Shown here piece after piece: positions 60,410 to 63,403 of a stretch of 63,403 bases of DNA. Position numbers and translations under genes: made by a program. Every line of letters begins with the position of its first letter. Within the stretch, counting starts at the first letter, position 1. The notes below the pieces were generated by a model that saw only the letters and a program-made list of their open reading frames with translations, did no database searches and was not told where the DNA came from. Source of the DNA: Desulfatiglandales bacterium (lineage in GTDB: Bacteria; Desulfobacterota; DSM-4660; Desulfatiglandales; B25-G16); contig DATKWM010000066.1 in NCBI GenBank assembly GCA_035529575.1, positions 1 to 63,403 on the forward strand. Reading direction: 5' to 3'.

Positions 60410-60522
60410 TATCTAAGCCAGCCGCTTCTAAAGCATAAACCCCACCTCTCTACATGAGAAATGGGGTCTGATTTAAGACATAGTACCCTCTGTTAAGGGT
60501 TATTTTTAATGTTCTTTGGAAA

Positions 60523-60702
60523 TTAAATAGGTGTCTTTTTTGTAGGCGGCTCAGATTGCTTTTCTTTCAATTCTTCTAATCTCATCCTCTCGCGCAATCT
60601 TTGACGTAACTTCTCTTTGTATGCTTCTTTGTAAATCTCTCGCGCTGATACCCCTTGGATTCTCTTAGTTTTTCGATATTCCTGTAAGTTTATTACTTTC
60701 AT
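60523..60702 (-). CDS. Small basic protein (59 aa), conserved in duplicate
   Basis: Hand-translated MKVINLQEYRKTKRIQGVSAREIYKEAYKEKLRQRLRERMRLEELKEKQSEPPTKKTPI. It falls just below the ORF-track cutoff. A paralogous N-terminus is found at 58900-58989. Confidence 0.35.
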   Translation of the reverse strand: MKVINLQEYRKTKRIQGVSAREIYKEAYKEKLRQRLRERMRLEELKEKQSEPPTKKTPI

Positions 60703-60888
60703 GGGGTCTGCTACCCCTCTTTTGGGTATGTTGAGATACTTTTTTGCAAGGTTAGAATAGCATTTGTGGCCTGAAATGCAACGAAAAAGATAAAATGAAT
60801 GATTACCTACATAGGGGTATAGAGATCGTGCAGCCTGGGGCGGGAAATGGCGTTATTTTGGGGATGTGAAGAACTATTTTGAGGGCTT
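60650..60888. repeat. Direct repeat R2 (about 240 bp), paired with R1
   Basis: See R1. On the minus strand it contains a promoter-like TTGCAT...TATTCT followed by the small-ORF start. Confidence 0.85.
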
Positions 60889-61077
60889 AAAATTAAAGCA
60901 TTGAGAACAAATTTGATCTGCCTTTTCATAATCTGAGGGTGTAGGATAATCTATTTTGCCTAAAAATTCTTTTTTCTCAAACTTGTCAATAATCCATTTA
61001 TTACATTTATCAGGTATAAGGAAGTTATCGCAGTCACCACGCAAATGAAAATTGTCGCTTTGCTTTATTGTTGCCAT
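60874..61077 (-). CDS. Hypothetical Cys-containing small protein
   Basis: 67-aa ORF located downstream of the RHH gene on the same strand. Confidence 0.4.
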   Translation of the reverse strand: MATIKQSDNFHLRGDCDNFLIPDKCNKWIIDKFEKKEFLGKIDYPTPSDYEKADQICSQCFNFKPSK

Positions 61078-61105
61078 AATTCCCCCCTTGTTGTTTTAGA
61101 AGTGG

Positions 61106-61261
61106 TTATTTTTTAACCTTCTTTTCGTACTTTTTGAGAAGGTCCTGGATGGCTTGCTCAACTAACTCATATACGGATTTTTCAGCATCGACACTCAGGT
61201 GCTTTAATTTTTTTAGAACATCAGCGTCAATCCTTGTTGCGAACATCTTTTTTTCAGCCAT
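61106..61261 (-). CDS. Ribbon-helix-helix (CopG/Arc-like) small DNA-binding protein
   Basis: Hand-translated 51 aa, MAEKKMFATRIDADVLKKLKHLSVDAEKSVYELVEQAIQDLLKKYEKKVKK. The beta-strand-helix-helix pattern (FATRIDADVLKKLK...SVYELVEQAI) is typical of RHH proteins. Transcribed divergently from int. Confidence 0.5.
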   Translation of the reverse strand: MAEKKMFATRIDADVLKKLKHLSVDAEKSVYELVEQAIQDLLKKYEKKVKK

Positions 61262-61501
61262 GGGATACTATTATCAAATAAAAACGATGTTTGCAAAAGA
61301 AATAGTTTGACAAGTAAAAATATATTATGTTATCTTGTTAACATAGTATAAAGTTAATTTAGTAACCTCTAAACCACAAGCACATGACAACTAAAACAAA
61401 AAATAGACCGTTCAAGTTAGGCTATATCGCGAGGTATAGCCAGGGTGCTTGTACCCTTGAGTACAACTTGAGCGGTTTTACTTTAAGAAAGGAGATTAAT
61501 T

Positions 61502-62593
61502 ATGGGAACCATTTACAAGAGAGGCCAGACCTACTGGTTAAAGTATTATCGTAACGGCAAGCCTTATTATGAATCTTCAAAGGGTAATCAAATAACGAAA
61601 GCAGAGAAATTACTTAAAAAAAGAGAAGGCGAAATAGCAGAAGGCAAACTACCCGGTGTCTACTTTGACCGGGTAAAGTTTGACGAGCTTGCAGAAGATT
61701 TTCTGAGAGATTACCGGATTAATCAGAAAAAATCACTTAGAAAGGCTATGCAAGTGATTAAGCACCTCAAAGGATATTTCAGAGGCTTTAAGGTAACACA
61801 GATTACCACGCCCAAAATACAGAACTATATCGAGGATCGCCTCGGGGAAGGTGCGGCAAATGGTACTATCAACCGGGAATTGGCAGCATTAAAGCGTATG
61901 CTAAATTTAGGCGCCCAACAAACGCCACCCAAAGTTGACAGGGTCCCTTATATTCCTATGCTGAAAGAAAATAACATACGTAAAGGCTTTTTTGAACATG
62001 GGGACTTTATCGCGCTAAGGGATGCCCTCCCCTCTTATCTAAAGGGATTTGTTACATTTGCTTATAAGGAGGGATGGAGAGTATCAGAGATAGAAGGCCT
62101 CACATGGAATCAAGTTGACCGTGACCAGGGCATTGTAAGGCTCGAAGGAGACCAGGCAAAAAATGAGGAGGCACGGACAGTCTATCTTGATGAGGAATTG
62201 AGGAAAATATTTAACAATCAATGGGAGGAAAGGAAAAAAGAAGGGAAGATAACTCCCTATGTTTTTCTTGCCTGGAATGATAAAGATATGATAAAGGGAT
62301 TTAGGAAGACATGGGATAAGGCTTGTAAGGATGCTGGTATTGGTAAAAAACTCTTCCATGACCTTAGAAGGACAGCTGTCAGAAACATGGTAAGAGCAGG
62401 TATCCCTGAGAGAGTCGCTATGATGGTATCAGGACATAAGACACGATCAGTATTTGAGCGATATAATATTGTCAATGATACTGACTTGAAAATGGCAGCA
62501 CAAAAACAAGCCGCATATTTAGAGGCTCAGACAGTTACAAAAACGGTTACAGTCGAGAATTTGAAAGACAGGAAAGCCACATTGCGCCTGTAG
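61502..62593 (+). CDS. int: Tyrosine recombinase (phage-type integrase)
   Basis: 363 aa with an AAGGAG RBS. Catalytic residues fall in the expected context: R in EGWRVSE, HDLRRT, GHKT and the Tyr in FERYNIV. The last 10 nt, including the stop codon, lie inside the tRNA gene. Confidence 0.9.
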   Translation: MGTIYKRGQTYWLKYYRNGKPYYESSKGNQITKAEKLLKKREGEIAEGKLPGVYFDRVKFDELAEDFLRDYRINQKKSLRKAMQVIKHLKGYFRGFKVTQITTPKIQNYIEDRLGEGAANGTINRELAALKRMLNLGAQQTPPKVDRVPYIPMLKENNIRKGFFEHGDFIALRDALPSYLKGFVTFAYKEGWRVSEIEGLTWNQVDRDQGIVRLEGDQAKNEEARTVYLDEELRKIFNNQWEERKKEGKITPYVFLAWNDKDMIKGFRKTWDKACKDAGIGKKLFHDLRRTAVRNMVRAGIPERVAMMVSGHKTRSVFERYNIVNDTDLKMAAQKQAAYLEAQTVTKTVTVENLKDRKATLRL

Positions 62594-62660
62594 CTCAGCT
62601 GGATAGAGCAGCGGACTTCTAATCCGCAGGCCGGGGGTCCGAATCCCTCCAGGCGCACCA
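62584..62660 (+). tRNA. tRNA-Arg (anticodon UCU), containing attR
   Basis: Cloverleaf folded by hand. Acceptor GCGCCTG/CAGGCGC, D arm GCTC-AGCTGGATA-GAGC, anticodon stem GCGGA/TCCGC with loop CT-TCT-AA, T arm GGGGG-TCCGAAT-CCCTC, discriminator A, and an encoded CCA. Confidence 0.9.
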
Positions 62661-62865
62661 GTAATACCAAGGATTCAACCATTTCGACATTCTCATACTA
62701 ATCGTAAACCTATAAGGCGAGACTCCTTCTCTGGCAGGAAACATTTGCCTTAGGCGGATAAATCCACCGCAAATCTGACGGATAGATCTACCGTAAGTCC
62801 GGCGGATAAATGTTGCGATTGTAAATTTTGAAGAAATCGAGTAATGCCAGCAGAAAAACATTGCC

Positions 62866-63403
62866 CTAAATCTCTCCAATACCTCTCAGTAATATGCAGG
62901 ACACCGCTGTAACTACTCCCAGGAAAAGAATACCATACTGAAAATTCCAGATGTCGGCTATTGCACCCAAGGCAAATGGGGCAAAACCAAGTCCCACAAT
63001 CACCCCGATGGCTATGGTTGTTCCGGTAAAGATACTTCGTTCATTGAAACTCGTAATTTTGGAGATGGCCACGAAAGCAACCGGAAAAAACCCGGAACAA
63101 ACGGTTGCCTGAAGAATAAGCATCACAACCAGATGTGGAACGGTCTGAGCTAAAGCGAGGCCCACTGTTGTAAGTCCTGTAGTTAACAACAAAAGGAACA
63201 GAATCTTTTTAGCCCCATACCGATCCACGAGAAACCCTGCTAAGATAACAATAATAAAACCTCCTGTACGGGATATACCAAAGATTGTATTTGCCATTTC
63301 AATCGACATCCCCCTCTCTTTTACGAGAAATAAGGGAATCAAATTGTAGAGTCCGAGGCTGTTTGATGCAGCAAAAATCCAGAGGATAGCCACTATCCAA
63401 AAA
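62866..63403 (-). CDS. MFS-type transporter, C-terminal part (gene continues beyond the 3' edge)
   Basis: Hydrophobic multi-helix ORF with a DRYGAKK loop typical of MFS inter-helix motifs. The frame is open to the end of the window. Confidence 0.6.
   Translation of the reverse strand, partial: FWIVAILWIFAASNSLGLYNLIPLFLVKERGMSIEMANTIFGISRTGGFIIVILAGFLVDRYGAKKILFLLLLTTGLTTVGLALAQTVPHLVVMLILQATVCSGFFPVAFVAISKITSFNERSIFTGTTIAIGVIVGLGFAPFALGAIADIWNFQYGILFLGVVTAVSCILLRGIGEI

Larger units (their letters stand above)
41244..62622 (+). mobile_element. Integrative element (satellite or integrative-plasmid-like genomic island) inserted in tRNA-Arg(UCU)
   Basis: Direct repeats of the tRNA 5' half sit at both ends. 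A tyrosine integrase abuts attR. The interior holds Xis-like HTH genes, a DnaB-like ATPase with iterons, and cargo that is visibly more AT-rich or more GC-rich than the flanks. Housekeeping genes lie outside (rng on the left, MFS on the right). Confidence 0.8.

Noticed and set aside
41244-62622. Complete prophage
   Set aside because: I recognise no terminase, portal, major capsid, tail tube or lysis genes. Only one large gene of unknown function (55694-57310) could be structural. An integrative satellite or plasmid-like element is the better description.
62619-62879. 86-aa minus-strand ORF
   Set aside because: Its C-terminal end is antisense to the tRNA-Arg gene and the rest crosses GGCGGATAAAT repeats. 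It has no RBS.

Overview
The window holds about 41 kb of conserved chromosome from an AT-rich anaerobe, followed by a roughly 21-kb integrative element inserted in tRNA-Arg(UCU). The chromosomal part starts with the housekeeping run rpsB'-tsf-pyrH-frr-uppS-cdsA-dxr-rseP-tsaB-psd-pssA-rsmD-coaD-ihf/rlpA. Next, on the minus strand, is a lower benzoyl-CoA pathway cluster (dch/bamA-oah/had-like), followed by an SDR, an acyl-CoA dehydrogenase, a split B12 methylmalonyl-CoA mutase and subunits of a Na+-pumping biotin decarboxylase. The rest of the chromosomal part is aspS, hisS, a small accessory block, polA, a double-ATPase activase pair and rng. The element is bounded by a 39-nt copy of the tRNA 5' half (41244-41282) and by the intact tRNA (62584-62660), with a tyrosine integrase next to the tRNA. 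It carries a replication module (DnaB-like ATPase plus iterons), Xis-like HTH genes, a MucR/Ros-like regulator and several accessory cassettes. The best candidate for a new system is a same-strand, very AT-rich gene set at 45458-50856: a ParB/Srx-fold protein, an SNF2 helicase, a DUF3883-like PD-(D/E)xK protein and a Dam-class m6A methyltransferase. Its gene content does not match any named defence system I can recall. A HEPN (Rx4H) protein and other small cargo genes lie in a repeat-bounded cassette zone beside the integrase. Intergenic regions contain several families of GC-rich palindromic repeats and one MITE-like element. No CRISPR array or rRNA gene was seen. All functional calls come from motif recognition by eye and no database search was run.
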